NCBI RefSeq assembly: GCF_001652585.1
Contig: NZ_LWLG01000014.1
Location: 30,001 to 62,000, forward strand
Reading direction: 5' to 3'
DNA length: 32,000 nucleotides
DNA from: Thermosulfurimonas dismutans
GTDB lineage: Bacteria; Desulfobacterota; Thermodesulfobacteria; Thermodesulfobacteriales; Thermodesulfobacteriaceae
Part shown: in pieces, positions 7,194 through 17,289 of the stretch
Numbering within the stretch: position 1 is the stretch's first letter
Layout: every line of letters starts with the position of its first letter
Translations under genes and position numbers: made by a program
Notes under the pieces: model-generated
The model's input: the letters and a program-made list of their open reading frames with translations, nothing else
Databases searched by the model: none
What the model was told of the DNA's origin: nothing

Positions 7194-9139
7194 TAGGCCT
7201 TTATAAGGGCCTCCATTTCTTGAGCTAGGCTTTCGGGATCAAGACCAGCCCGGGCAAATAGCTCATCCGGTTTCCCAGAGGTGGTATAACTTTCAAACCC
7301 TTTGAGTTTGATCTTGGCCGAGATCCCAGAAAGACCCAGTTCTTTGGCACACAGGGCTCCCAGGCCGGTTTCTACCAGATGGTCCTCCACCACCACGACC
7401 GGACCACTCCTTGCTGCCGAAAGTAGGTCTTCTCTAGGGAAAGGTCGTATGGAGGCTATGTTGAGAAGACCCACTTCATAGCCTTTTTCTTTGAGGATCT
7501 CGCAGGCCGTAAGGCAACGATGAACCATAGGCCCATAACTCACAAAGGTGCCATCCTTCCCCCGACGTATCCAGTCGGCTCTTCCCGGCTGAAAACGGTA
7601 GGCCTTTCCGAAAAAGGGCTGCCCCTCTTCATCCGTAATTACCGGAACTTTGGATCGACCCATACCCACGAAGACGTTTCCTGGCTGAAGAGCCACGAAG
7701 CGTATGATGTGGTCGGTCTGATTGGGGTCGGCAGGAAGATAGATGTCGAACCCCTTAAGGCTCAAAAGCAATCCCAGATAGTCTACGCACTGATGGGTAG
7801 GCCCGTCTTCGCCTACATCTACCCCCAAATGGGTGCAGACTACTTTGAGAGCCGTGTGATTGAGGGCGTTGAGACGCAGTTGGTTATAAACCTCGTCCAC
7901 CCCAAAGACCCCGAAGGTGGAGAAGAAGACTAGAAAACCTTCCTTGGAAAGGGCTCCAGATACGGTGGCGGTGTGGTGTTCCTGAATCCCGGACTCGTGA
8001 AAGGCCTGCGGGGAGTGTTTTTTGAAGGCCGTCATCTTGACCGAGGACTCCAGATCGCAGGTGAGCCCCAACACCTTCGGAGGTTTTCCGGGAAGATTGT
8101 TCTTTTCGGCTAGAGAGAGTAGGGCTTTTCCGTAAGCCGAACGGCAGTCAGTTTTGAGGTCGGGTTCGTAGAGAACCGGCTCTCCGGGATCGATTGCCAC
8201 CGATTCGGGCTCGTGAGGCTGGTGAGGGAAACTTACAGGATAGTTTTTGCGTTTTTCGGCCAAACGGTCTAGCTCTTCGGGATCAAAGCCGAGCTCTGAA
8301 AGGGCCTTCTTACATAGTTCGGAAGAAAGAGGGGCCCCGTGCCATTTGGCGTCGTTTTCCATAAAGGAGATGCCTTTCCCCATGACGGTGTGGGCCAGGA
8401 TGGCAGTCGGTCTTTCAGGATGGGGGACCTCGCCCCGGATAAAGTTTCGCAGGGCCCGGTAGAGGGCCTGAAAGTCGTGGCCGTTCACCTCAATTACGTT
8501 CCAGCCCGTGGCTTCGATTTCGGCCCGGAGATCCTGCGGCATAACCTGATAAATATCGCCTCCGATCTGGAGGCGGTTGTAGTCAATTAGCACGCAGAGG
8601 TTGTTGAGCCCAAACTTGACTGCCCAGCGCCGGGCCTCGATGACCTGACCTTTTTGTTGTTCGCCGTCTCCCATGAGGCAAAAGACTTTGGCGGGAAGCC
8701 CTTTGAGCTTGATAGCCCGGGCCATACCGCAGGCCGCGGACAATCCCTGTCCCAGGTTCCCGGTGTTCCATTCCACCCCTGGCACGGCCTGCTCCACATG
8801 TCCGGCGAAGGCTGAACCCGCTCTCCGGAATTCCATGAGAAAGGGTTCCTCCGGAAAGAAGCCGTATTCACAAAGGACACTATAGACTCCCGGACTTATG
8901 TGTCCGTGGCTTACCACCACTCGGTCCCTTTCGGGATGACGGGGCTTTTGAGGATCGACTTTGGCCAAGGCGTAGACCATGAGAAGAAGGGAAAGAGAGG
9001 AAAGGGAACCTCCGGGATGCCCCGAGCCTGCAAGAGTGGTAGCCAGAATTATTCTACGGGCGCAGCGCCTGGTGGCTTCTTTGAACCATTCTACTTCCTC
9101 CGGGGAAAGCTCGGCTTTTTCCGGATCGAGCTTGAGCAT
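7193..9139 (-). CDS. tkt: Transketolase (full-length, N- and C-terminal halves fused)
   Basis: 648 aa with TPP-binding motifs (SGHPGGSLS, GDGEQQKGQV, GEDGPTHQ). A GGGAGG RBS precedes the ATG. Confidence 0.9.
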   Translation of the reverse strand: MLKLDPEKAELSPEEVEWFKEATRRCARRIILATTLAGSGHPGGSLSSLSLLLMVYALAKVDPQKPRHPERDRVVVSHGHISPGVYSVLCEYGFFPEEPFLMEFRRAGSAFAGHVEQAVPGVEWNTGNLGQGLSAACGMARAIKLKGLPAKVFCLMGDGEQQKGQVIEARRWAVKFGLNNLCVLIDYNRLQIGGDIYQVMPQDLRAEIEATGWNVIEVNGHDFQALYRALRNFIRGEVPHPERPTAILAHTVMGKGISFMENDAKWHGAPLSSELCKKALSELGFDPEELDRLAEKRKNYPVSFPHQPHEPESVAIDPGEPVLYEPDLKTDCRSAYGKALLSLAEKNNLPGKPPKVLGLTCDLESSVKMTAFKKHSPQAFHESGIQEHHTATVSGALSKEGFLVFFSTFGVFGVDEVYNQLRLNALNHTALKVVCTHLGVDVGEDGPTHQCVDYLGLLLSLKGFDIYLPADPNQTDHIIRFVALQPGNVFVGMGRSKVPVITDEEGQPFFGKAYRFQPGRADWIRRGKDGTFVSYGPMVHRCLTACEILKEKGYEVGLLNIASIRPFPREDLLSAARSGPVVVVEDHLVETGLGALCAKELGLSGISAKIKLKGFESYTTSGKPDELFARAGLDPESLAQEMEALIKA

Positions 9140-9149
9140 TTCAGCCTCC

Positions 9150-9647
9150 CTAAAGACTTTTCTTTTCGCGTTTCATGGCTATTACACCGGTGCGCACAAT
9201 CTCCTTGATGCCGATGGGTTTCAGGAGTTCGATAACTGCCTGAAGCTTGCTTTGTGGACCGGTAACCTCGATGGTGTAGGTCTTAGGACTTACGTCCACC
9301 ACCTTGCAACGGAAGATGTCACACATCCTGAGGACTTCGGCTCGGGTCTCCTTTTCGGCCCGAACCTTGATGAGGGCCATTTCTCTTTCCACGAATTCGC
9401 CCTCTTCAGTGACGTCTACTACCTTGTAAACGTCTACCAGACGCCGGAGTTGCTTGATGATTTGCTCGATAATCAAATCGTCGCCGTAAGTCACCAGCGT
9501 CAGGTGAGAAAGGGTAGGGTCCAGGGTTTCGGCCACGCACAGGCTGTCGATGTTAAACCCCCGTCCGCTGAAAAGCCCCGCAATTCGGGCCAGCGCTCCC
9601 GGAGTATTTTCCACCAACACCGAAAGGGTGTGTTTCCTTTCCGCCAT
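9150..9647 (-). CDS. ilvN: Acetolactate synthase small (regulatory, ACT-domain) subunit
   Basis: 165 aa: HTLSVLVENTPGALARIAGLFSGRGFNIDSL, the classic IlvN/IlvH ACT domain. It lies directly after ilvB, with an AGGAGG RBS. Confidence 0.9.
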   Translation of the reverse strand: MAERKHTLSVLVENTPGALARIAGLFSGRGFNIDSLCVAETLDPTLSHLTLVTYGDDLIIEQIIKQLRRLVDVYKVVDVTEEGEFVEREMALIKVRAEKETRAEVLRMCDIFRCKVVDVSPKTYTIEVTGPQSKLQAVIELLKPIGIKEIVRTGVIAMKREKKSL

Positions 9648-9656
9648 TTCTGCCTC

Positions 9657-11360
9657 CTAAACCAGTATCATTTCGGTGGTGGCCCTTCCGGCCGGAACCA
9701 TTGGAAAAACGCCCTCCTCCGGGGCGATATGGATATCAACCAGAGTGAGCCTATCGCTTTCTAGGGCCTGTTTCAGAACCGGTTCCACCTCTTCTATTTT
9801 GGTAGCCCGCAGTCCCAAGGCCCCGTAAGCCTCGGCCAGTTTAACAAAGTCTGGGGTGACCTGGAACTTGACCGCTGAGTAACGCCTTTCGTAGAAGAGC
9901 TCCTGCCACTGTCTCACCATACCCAGGTAGCCGTTGTTGAGGATGATGACCTTTACCGGAAGTCCCTGTTCCATGGCAGTGGCCATCTCCTGGATGTTCA
10001 TCTGAATAGAACCGTCCCCGGCAATGTCTATCACCATTTTATCGGGATTGCCCATCTGGGCTCCGATGGCTGCCGGAAACCCAAAGCCCATGGTGCCCAA
10101 ACCACCGGAGGTGATGAGGGTGCGCGGTTTGTCGAACTTGTAATATTGGGCAGCCCACATCTGATTTTGTCCCACTTCCGTGGTGATGATGGCCTCACCT
10201 TTGGTAAGCTCATAGAGTTTCTCTATCACAAACTGCGGCTTTATGTATTCCCCTTCTTGTTTGTAGGAGAGGGGATAGCGCTTTTTCCAGATTTCAATCT
10301 GTTCCCACCATTCTTTGAACTGTTCCCGCCAGATTTTCTCCGGGCGTCCCACCTCTTTTACGATTTCCAGAAGTTTTTCAAGGACCCGCTTACAATCGCC
10401 CACAATGGGCACATCCACCCGTACGTTCTTCTGGATGGAGGTGGGGTCGATATCGATGTGGATGATCTTGGCCATAGGGGCGAAGGCATCCACCTTGCCG
10501 GTCACCCGATCGTCAAACCGAGCGCCCACGGCCAAGATAAGGTCACTATTGGCCACGGCCATATTGGCGTAATAGGTTCCGTGCATGCCAAGCATCCCCA
10601 GCGACTGGGGATGAGTTCCGGGAAAGCCCCCAAGGCCCATGAGGGTCATGGTGACGGGAATATTCAGACGCTCGGCAAGCTCTTTTACCTCTTCATGTGC
10701 ACCGGAGGCAATCACTCCTCCGCCAACGAGGATTACCGGCCGGGTAGAGCTTTCGAGGAGTCGATAAGCTCTTTCCACCTGGCGAGGATGGGGATCATAA
10801 ACCGGATGATAGCTTCGAAGTTTCAGGTCCTCCGGCCAATAAAATTCGGCTTTCCCCTGCTGGACATCCTTGGGCAGATCCACCAATACCGGCCCCGGTC
10901 TTCCGGTACGGGCGATATGAAAGGCTGCTCTCAAAATCCGAGGGAGATCCTCCGTCCGTTTAACCAGGAAATTGTGCTTGGTGCAGGGCCGGGTAATTCC
11001 GGTTATGTCCACCTCCTGAAAGGCGTCGTTTCCGATGAGTTTGGTGGGCACCTGTCCGGTAAGAATAACTATCGGGATAGAGTCCATGTAAGCGGTGGCG
11101 ATCCCGGTGACGGTATTGGTAGCGCCGGGTCCGGAAGTTACCAGACACACCCCCACCCTTCCTGTGGAGCGAGCATAGCCATCCGCCGCATGGGTTGCTC
11201 CCTGCTCGTGCCTTACCAGGACGTGTTTTATCTCCGGAGTCTTGTAGAGTTCATCGTAGATATCGATAACTGCCCCTCCGGGATAACCGAAAATAACATC
11301 CACTCCCTCGCGCTTCAGGGCCTCCACGATCATCTGGGCCCCGGTCATAACCTTCCCCAC
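9657..11360 (-). CDS. ilvB: Acetolactate synthase large (catalytic) subunit
   Basis: 567 aa with a TPP-enzyme signature throughout ([38 protein letters not shown]). The GTG start at 11360 sits 8 nt after a GAAGGAGG RBS; the first ATG would be 20 nt away. Confidence 0.93.
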   Translation of the reverse strand: MGKVMTGAQMIVEALKREGVDVIFGYPGGAVIDIYDELYKTPEIKHVLVRHEQGATHAADGYARSTGRVGVCLVTSGPGATNTVTGIATAYMDSIPIVILTGQVPTKLIGNDAFQEVDITGITRPCTKHNFLVKRTEDLPRILRAAFHIARTGRPGPVLVDLPKDVQQGKAEFYWPEDLKLRSYHPVYDPHPRQVERAYRLLESSTRPVILVGGGVIASGAHEEVKELAERLNIPVTMTLMGLGGFPGTHPQSLGMLGMHGTYYANMAVANSDLILAVGARFDDRVTGKVDAFAPMAKIIHIDIDPTSIQKNVRVDVPIVGDCKRVLEKLLEIVKEVGRPEKIWREQFKEWWEQIEIWKKRYPLSYKQEGEYIKPQFVIEKLYELTKGEAIITTEVGQNQMWAAQYYKFDKPRTLITSGGLGTMGFGFPAAIGAQMGNPDKMVIDIAGDGSIQMNIQEMATAMEQGLPVKVIILNNGYLGMVRQWQELFYERRYSAVKFQVTPDFVKLAEAYGALGLRATKIEEVEPVLKQALESDRLTLVDIHIAPEEGVFPMVPAGRATTEMILV

Positions 11361-11364
11361 GGCC

Positions 11365-11577
11365 TTAACCTCCTTCTCGTTTTATGAGTTCGTAAATCTG
11401 ATCCTTTAAGGCCAGTTTTTCCTTTTGAATCTGCTTCTTTCTTACCTCTTCGTCCGCGGAGAGATAAGCCTTTCGCACCAGTTCCTCGAGCTCCCGCTCA
11501 AGGGCCTGGTGTTTTTCGAAAAGCTCCTTGACCTCCGGATTTTTTTGGGCATACTGTTTCACTAATTCTTTATCCAT
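11365..11577 (-). CDS. Small coiled-coil protein, DUF465/YdcH-like
   Basis: 70 aa: [20 protein letters not shown]...[23 protein letters not shown] matches my recollection of the DUF465 pattern. It is the first gene of the minus-strand string. Confidence 0.55.
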   Translation of the reverse strand: MDKELVKQYAQKNPEVKELFEKHQALERELEELVRKAYLSADEEVRKKQIQKEKLALKDQIYELIKREGG

Positions 11578-11772
11578 AGGGCTCTCCTTTTATTTGGATT
11601 TTGGGAGGTTGTCAAGGATTGTGAAATCTGTATCAAAGTGAAAAACTTTGGCATCCCTTACTTAAGATGCTAGCGAAAAAGATCGATGAAAGTCAAGGGG
11701 TAATTCTTTTCTTGAATATTAGGCTTTTTTGTATTAAAAAAGTCTAAAATTTTTGAAGGGAGGTAAGACCCG

Positions 11773-12855
11773 ATGGCTGACGAGCGCAATTACAAGATTG
11801 CGGTTATCCCCGGAGATGGAACCGGACCGGAAGTTATAAGAGAGGGCGTAAAGGTCCTTCAGGCCGCGGCTGGGCGATTCGGTTTCAATCTGGACCTCAA
11901 TTATTTCGACTGGGGAGGAGATCGATATCTTCGTACCGGAGAGACCATCCCTGAGGGGGGGATCGACGAACTCAAAAAACACGACGCTATCTATCTTGGA
12001 GCTATCGGACATCCGGATGTGAAACCGGGGATCTTGGAAAAGGACATTCTTCTGAGGATTCGCTTCGAGCTCGATCAATATGTGAATTTGCGGCCGGTGA
12101 AACTCTATCCCGGTGTCTGGACCCCCATTAAGGACAAGGGGCCGGAAGATATAGACTTCGTAGTAGTTCGAGAAAATACCGAAGGTCTTTACGCCGGCGG
12201 GGGATGCTTCCTTCGCAAAGGCACCCCGCAGGAAGTGGCTATTCAGGAATCCGTAAACACCCGCTACGGCGTGGAGCGTTGTATCCGTTTCGCCTTCGAA
12301 TATTGCCGTAAGCGCAACAAGAAGAAAAAGGTCACCCTGGTGGGCAAGACCAACGTCCTTACTTATGCCTGGAACCTTTGGGAACGCACTTTTTATGAGG
12401 TGGCCAAGGAATATCCCGATATAGAAGTCGATTACGCCCATGTGGACGCCACCTGCATGTGGTTTGTGAAAAATCCCGAATGGTTCGATGTTATCGTGAC
12501 CGACAACATGTTCGGGGACATCATTACTGACCTTGGGGCCATGATCCAGGGGGGCATGGGTATCGCCGCTGGGGGTAATATTAATCCTCAAGGGGTTTCC
12601 ATGTTCGAGCCCATTGGGGGTTCGGCTCCGAAGTATACCGGGAAGAACGTGATTAACCCGCTGGCGGCCATCTGTGCTGGGATGATGATGCTTGAGCATC
12701 TAGGTGAGGAGGAGGCTGCCCGGGCCATTGAAAAGGCGGTCATTAAGGTCTGTCGCGATCACCTGAAGAGCATGTCTGCCGGAAAGATGGGGTATTCCAC
12801 CAGCGAGGTGGGAGACCTCGTGGCCAAGTACACCGAAGAGGGGGTAGATCTTTAA
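11773..12855 (+). CDS. leuB: 3-isopropylmalate dehydrogenase / tartrate dehydrogenase family oxidative decarboxylase
   Basis: 360 aa with [43 protein letters not shown] and [12 protein letters not shown]. The sequence leans toward the TtuC-like subgroup. The leuB call rests partly on the divergent ilvBN context, so substrate assignment is uncertain. Confidence 0.75.
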   Translation: MADERNYKIAVIPGDGTGPEVIREGVKVLQAAAGRFGFNLDLNYFDWGGDRYLRTGETIPEGGIDELKKHDAIYLGAIGHPDVKPGILEKDILLRIRFELDQYVNLRPVKLYPGVWTPIKDKGPEDIDFVVVRENTEGLYAGGGCFLRKGTPQEVAIQESVNTRYGVERCIRFAFEYCRKRNKKKKVTLVGKTNVLTYAWNLWERTFYEVAKEYPDIEVDYAHVDATCMWFVKNPEWFDVIVTDNMFGDIITDLGAMIQGGMGIAAGGNINPQGVSMFEPIGGSAPKYTGKNVINPLAAICAGMMMLEHLGEEEAARAIEKAVIKVCRDHLKSMSAGKMGYSTSEVGDLVAKYTEEGVDL

Positions 12856-14162
12856 TGGGCTTAACCGAACTTGAAGCCGCGCGGAAAGGGGAGATCACGC
12901 CGGCCATGCGTAAGGCCGCCGAGGCCGACGGGGTTTCCCCGGAGTTCGTCCGCGAAGGGGTGGCCCGAGGAACCATTGTGCTCATCAAGGCCCCCCAGAG
13001 CGGGCGTGCGGTAGCGGTGGGCGAAGGCGTGCGTACCAAGGTCAATGCCTCCATCGGAACCTCGAGCGATCTTTGTGATCTCGAGCTCGAGAAACGCAAG
13101 GCCCGGCTGGCGGAGGAGGCTGGAGCCGACACCCTGATGGAGCTTTCGGCCGCCGGTGATATTGACCACATTCGTCGGGAGATCATCGCCAGTGTCAGCC
13201 TTCCGGTGGGAAACGTGCCCCTCTATCAGGCCTTCTGCGACACCATTCGCAAGTACGGAGACCCTACCAAACTCGATCCCGAGTATCTTTTTGATCTTAT
13301 TGAACGCCAGTGTGCCGATGGCATCGCTTTCATGGCCATCCACTGCGGGATAAATCTCTTTACGCTTGAGCGCCTAAAGGCTCAAGGTTACCGCTATGGG
13401 GGGCTGGTTTCAAAGGGCGGGGCCCTCATGGCCCAGTGGATGGTGAAAAACCGCAAGGAGAACCCTCTTTACGAGCAATTCGACCGCCTCTTGGGGATAC
13501 TCAAAAAATACGATACCGTGCTTTCTCTCGGAAATGGCATGCGGGCCGGAGCCATACACGATTCCCTTGATCGGGCCCAGGTGGCCGAGCTTCTCATAAA
13601 CTGCGAGCTTGCAGAGAAGGCCCGGGAGGCCGGTTGCCAGGTGATGGTGGAGGGCCCGGGCCATGTGCCGCTTGATGAGATCGAGACCTCGGTGAGGCTC
13701 GCTAAGAAGATGAGCGGTGGAGCGCCGCATTACATGCTTGGGCCGCTTCCCTGCGATGTCGGGGCCTCGCAGGATCACATCACCGCGGCCGTTGGGGCCG
13801 CCCTTTCGGCTTGGTACGGAGCCGACCTCATCTGTTATGTCACACCTGCCGAACACCTCTCCCTTCCCAACGAGGAAGACGTGGTCATCGGGGTGCGGGC
13901 TGCCCGTCTTGCGGCCCATATCGGAGATGTGGTCAAGCTCCGGGGACGGGCCGATCTCCGCGACCGAGAGGTCAGTAAAGCCCGTCGTGAGCTGAAATGG
14001 GCCGAACAATTGAAACATCTACTTTTCCCGGAGGAGGCCAAACGAATAATCGAGGAAAGGCGTTCAGTGAAGGAGAGAAGGTGTTCCATGTGCGGTGAGC
14101 TCTGTGCCCTTGAGAACGCTGAGGTGGTCTTCCGAGCCTTTTTGAAGGGAGAGAAGGTCTAA
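12855..14162 (+). CDS. thiC: Phosphomethylpyrimidine synthase ThiC (short form; the ThiC-paralog BzaF/HBI synthase cannot be excluded)
   Basis: 435 aa with ThiC-family blocks (VEGPGHVPL, MLGPLPCDVGASQDHIT, CYVTPAEHL) and the C-terminal radical-SAM-like CSMCGELC cluster. The start overlaps the leuB stop (TAATG). Confidence 0.85.
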   Translation: MGLTELEAARKGEITPAMRKAAEADGVSPEFVREGVARGTIVLIKAPQSGRAVAVGEGVRTKVNASIGTSSDLCDLELEKRKARLAEEAGADTLMELSAAGDIDHIRREIIASVSLPVGNVPLYQAFCDTIRKYGDPTKLDPEYLFDLIERQCADGIAFMAIHCGINLFTLERLKAQGYRYGGLVSKGGALMAQWMVKNRKENPLYEQFDRLLGILKKYDTVLSLGNGMRAGAIHDSLDRAQVAELLINCELAEKAREAGCQVMVEGPGHVPLDEIETSVRLAKKMSGGAPHYMLGPLPCDVGASQDHITAAVGAALSAWYGADLICYVTPAEHLSLPNEEDVVIGVRAARLAAHIGDVVKLRGRADLRDREVSKARRELKWAEQLKHLLFPEEAKRIIEERRSVKERRCSMCGELCALENAEVVFRAFLKGEKV

Positions 14163-14357
14163 GAGGAAACATCAGTACCTAAAAAACGTCTGAGTTGCGG
14201 TTTAAGTCTCTCCCTCGCCCGGGGCTGAGAATCATGTCCTCCTTTCGGATAAAGGCGTTAGGCGAGCACCTATCCACATAAAGTTCAAAATCGCGACAAA
14301 GTTCCGGCCCAGCCTCCGGGTTTAATCGTTCCAAAACTTAGGCAAGGAGGTTGGGCT

Positions 14358-15806
14358 ATGAGGTTCGGAAGTAATGGATGGCTGGTTTTCGGGCTGATGT
14401 TTATAGCGATGCTGGTCTTAGGGGCCGGGGCCTTCGCGGCTTCGCGGATAGACGATCCCCTGCTTAGGGTTCTGGTACGCAAGGGGATACTTACTGAGGA
14501 GGAGGCCTTGGAAATCAAGCGGGAGGCGGAGCTTGAGGCTCAAAAGGAGAACGAGGCCATTGCAAAGGCTGCGGCCGATAAAGTGAAAAAGGAAGGCCTG
14601 GTGCTGCCGAAGGGGCTAAAGGGGGTGAAGCTCGGGACTCTCACTTACATCGATTACTCGAACGGTTACGGGCCCTTCGATTCGGGAAAGGAAGAAGGCC
14701 AGAGCTACTTTGCCATCACCCGGGCCTATTTCAACTTCAAGAAGAAGATCACGCCATGGCTTTCCTTCCGCTTCACCCCGGATCTCCATGGCGGAAATGC
14801 CGATGACTACGACCTCCGTATCAAGTACGCCTATGCGGAGTTCAAACTTCCGAACTTGGGCTTTTTTACCGATCTTAAAATGGAGGTCGGACAGGGGCAC
14901 TTTCCCTGGCTCGATTTCGAAGAACACATGAACCCCTACCGCATGCAGGGGACTATGGCCCGGGAGTTTTTCGGGACTTTCAATTCCGCCGACCGAGGGA
15001 TATCGCTGGCTGGTTACCTCGGGGGCAAACTCGATAAGTCCTATGTGAACCGGCTCACGGTCCACTATCCGGTCTTTGATCACTACGCCGGGAAGTACGG
15101 TTCCTTTTGGTTCTCCTACATGAACGGTTCGGGCTATCACGGCCGGGAAACCAATGAGAACAAGGGTTTTGAAGGCCGGATCACGTTAAGACCTTTCGGT
15201 ACCCGCACCTCCGGTTCTTTTCCGCTCGCCGGTTTGCAGTTCAGCTACTTTTTCATTCGGGCAAAGGGCGGAGATAAAGCTGATTTAAACCCCTTCCGCA
15301 AACCGGAGTATCCCGACTACAACGTGGATCTTTTGATGTTGTCCTACCAGCATCCCTGGTTTGTGATCGCGTTACAGTATAGCACCTCCGAGGGCAACAG
15401 CGCTGGAAGCTGGGTGGTGGATACCGATGGGGACGGTATCGGAGACGAGGAGCTTGAGACCCGCTGTTGGTCTCTCTTTGCGGATGTGACTTTGCCTATT
15501 TTCAACGAAAGACTTCACCTCTTTGGCCGCTATGACCGTTTCGATCCCAACGACGGAGACGATTTTTATGATGGCACGAGGTGGGTTTCGGACTCAAACG
15601 ACGAGGCCGAACACTACATGGTGGGTCTGGCCTACTATCTCACCGGGAAGAACATCCTCATGCTGAACTTCGAGTGGCTGAACTACGCACGCAATTTCCG
15701 CAACTCGAGCGACCAGTTCACCAAATGGGGGAAATATGACCCCTCTGGAAACGACCGGCTGGACGATGGCTTCCGGGTGCAGACCGTGTTGCAGATAAGT
15801 TTTTAA
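14358..15806 (+). CDS. Outer-membrane beta-barrel porin (phosphate-selective porin O/P-like), signal peptide plus N-terminal coiled coil
   Basis: Signal peptide (LVFGLMFIAMLVLGAGAFAAS), alternating beta-strand pattern, aromatic-rich, and a C-terminal ...VQTVLQISF beta-signal ending in Phe. An AAGGAGG RBS is present. Confidence 0.6.
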   Translation: MRFGSNGWLVFGLMFIAMLVLGAGAFAASRIDDPLLRVLVRKGILTEEEALEIKREAELEAQKENEAIAKAAADKVKKEGLVLPKGLKGVKLGTLTYIDYSNGYGPFDSGKEEGQSYFAITRAYFNFKKKITPWLSFRFTPDLHGGNADDYDLRIKYAYAEFKLPNLGFFTDLKMEVGQGHFPWLDFEEHMNPYRMQGTMAREFFGTFNSADRGISLAGYLGGKLDKSYVNRLTVHYPVFDHYAGKYGSFWFSYMNGSGYHGRETNENKGFEGRITLRPFGTRTSGSFPLAGLQFSYFFIRAKGGDKADLNPFRKPEYPDYNVDLLMLSYQHPWFVIALQYSTSEGNSAGSWVVDTDGDGIGDEELETRCWSLFADVTLPIFNERLHLFGRYDRFDPNDGDDFYDGTRWVSDSNDEAEHYMVGLAYYLTGKNILMLNFEWLNYARNFRNSSDQFTKWGKYDPSGNDRLDDGFRVQTVLQISF

Positions 15807-15811
15807 AATCG

Positions 15812-15838
15812 GGCTAGGGGGCGGAAAGCCCCCTAGCC
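15812..15838. terminator. Perfect 11-bp hairpin between the convergent porin and histidine-kinase genes
   Basis: GGCTAGGGGGC (15812-15822), loop ggaaa, GCCCCCTAGCC (15828-15838). The T-run (ttttaaaa) is on the 5' side, so a canonical U-tail exists only for the minus-strand transcript. Confidence 0.5.
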
Positions 15839-15918
15839 AACCGAAAACAGGTCTTCTGGAAGAATATAAAAGGAAAATTCGGCCGGGCCGAAACTGGAGT
15901 AACTTCATAGGGAAATAC

Positions 15919-17289
15919 TTAAGAAGATTTTGGAGAAATAGGTAAGATTATTTCCACTCGTGTCCCTTTGCCTTCCTCGGAATAGATTTCTATTTCTCCT
16001 CCCAGGCTCTTTACCAGATTATAGGTGATGGCCAAGCCCATACCGGTGCCATCGGGTTTGGTGGTGAAGAAGGGGTCAAAGACCCGGTTAAGGATTTCTT
16101 TGGGAATCCCGGGGCCGGTGTCTTTTATCGTTATGACTACGTGATCGTCGTCTTTAAGAGCGGTTTTTACGCGAAGTTCCCCTCCACCCTCCATGGCCTG
16201 AATGGCATTTAGGATGACGTTTAAGAAGATTTGTTTCAAGGCCTCTGGAGAACTCTGGATGGCAGGAAGATCCGCAAACTCGGTATGGATTTCTATTTTG
16301 TTTTTTCTGGCCTGAAAGCCGATCAGTTTCAAAGTCTCTTCGAGTATAGAGTTGACTTGGGTTTCAACGAATTTGAGGTCCTGACGTTGGCTTCTAGCAA
16401 ACTCTAGGAAGTTTTTAACGAGACGATCTATGCGTTTAATTTCCTTTTCTATGATTTCGAAAGTCTCGGGCCGAGCTTTTCCCATTTTTAAAAGCTCAAT
16501 GGAAAGGGAGATAGAAGTTAGGGGATTCTTGATTTCATGGGCCACTCCGGCCGCAAACTGGCCAAGGGCATAAAGCCTTTCCGAACGGGCCATCCGTTCA
16601 TGAGTGCGTTTTATTTCTTCTACTAATTCCTTTAGCTGAAGCGACATGCGGTTGAATGATTCCACTAGTTCTGCAATTTCGCCCACGGCTTTGACTTTTA
16701 TGGTTTTTCCAAAATGTCCTTTTCCGATTTCCCGGGCCGCTTGATTAAGGACGAGGATGGGTTTAGCTACTCGACGGATCATCCAAAGGGCCGCCAAAAT
16801 GCCGGTCAATACGATTATTCCTATTAGTAAAAGAAGTTTACTTTCGGTGGCCTGTAGCCTTGAAAGGAGAAGATCCTTCCGAAGGCCCATTTTCAAGGTT
16901 CCAAGCCTGCCCAGTTCTTCCGTTTTAATCTCTATAGAGATCTCAAAAACATCCTTCTCTTGAATCTCCTCTATTTTGGGATAGTGAAAAAGAGGTTTCC
17001 CGTCTTTGTCTTCTAAGATAATCCAGGATATGTGAGGGTCATTTTTGATTACATTTTTGAAAATGGTATAAATGGTATAAAAATCTTCGTACAGAAGAGG
17101 TTCCACTATTTCATGGGCTAAAAGTCTGGCTTGAGAGATATGCTCCTCTAAAAAGGCCTTGGTAAAGAACTTTTTCTCTTCTTTAATGATCAAGACAGAA
17201 ATCAAAGCGGTGGTTATGACTATGACCAAAGTTATGGCCATTGAAAATTGAAAAACGATACTTTTTGATATCCTTTTTAGAGTGAACAT
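15919..17289 (-). CDS. Sensor histidine kinase (2 TM + periplasmic/extracytoplasmic domain, HAMP, HisKA, HATPase_c)
   Basis: 456 aa with HAMP ([17 protein letters not shown]...LVESFNRM), an H-box ([15 protein letters not shown]), an N-box ([11 protein letters not shown]) and G-boxes ([14 protein letters not shown]). Confidence 0.9.
   Translation of the reverse strand: MFTLKRISKSIVFQFSMAITLVIVITTALISVLIIKEEKKFFTKAFLEEHISQARLLAHEIVEPLLYEDFYTIYTIFKNVIKNDPHISWIILEDKDGKPLFHYPKIEEIQEKDVFEISIEIKTEELGRLGTLKMGLRKDLLLSRLQATESKLLLLIGIIVLTGILAALWMIRRVAKPILVLNQAAREIGKGHFGKTIKVKAVGEIAELVESFNRMSLQLKELVEEIKRTHERMARSERLYALGQFAAGVAHEIKNPLTSISLSIELLKMGKARPETFEIIEKEIKRIDRLVKNFLEFARSQRQDLKFVETQVNSILEETLKLIGFQARKNKIEIHTEFADLPAIQSSPEALKQIFLNVILNAIQAMEGGGELRVKTALKDDDHVVITIKDTGPGIPKEILNRVFDPFFTTKPDGTGMGLAITYNLVKSLGGEIEIYSEEGKGTRVEIILPISPKSS

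Noticed and set aside
11578-11772. Divergent promoter calls or a leader/attenuator in the DUF465 / leuB-like intergenic region (TTGTCA-16-TATCAA on plus; TTGACA on minus at 11610-11615)
   Set aside because: Several hexamers are compatible, but the spacings and positions are ambiguous. The minus-strand -10 would fall on the RBS. No leader peptide or T-box features were seen. The evidence is too weak to report as features.
10146-12699. 413-aa plus-strand ORF opposite ilvB (10146-11387) and 321-aa minus-strand ORF opposite the leuB-like gene (11734-12699)
   Set aside because: These are shadow ORFs antisense to strongly recognisable enzymes, with no RBS or motif support. The same reasoning applies to the other antisense ORFs in tkt, thiC, the porin, the 609-aa gene, the ATPase and the kinase fusion.
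14163-14357. TPP riboswitch downstream of thiC / upstream of the porin, prompted by a GGGGCTGAGA string near 14221-14230
   Set aside because: The rest of the THI-box consensus (ACCC...GAACCTGATCYGGNTAATNCC) is absent. The location, after thiC and before a porin, also makes no regulatory sense.
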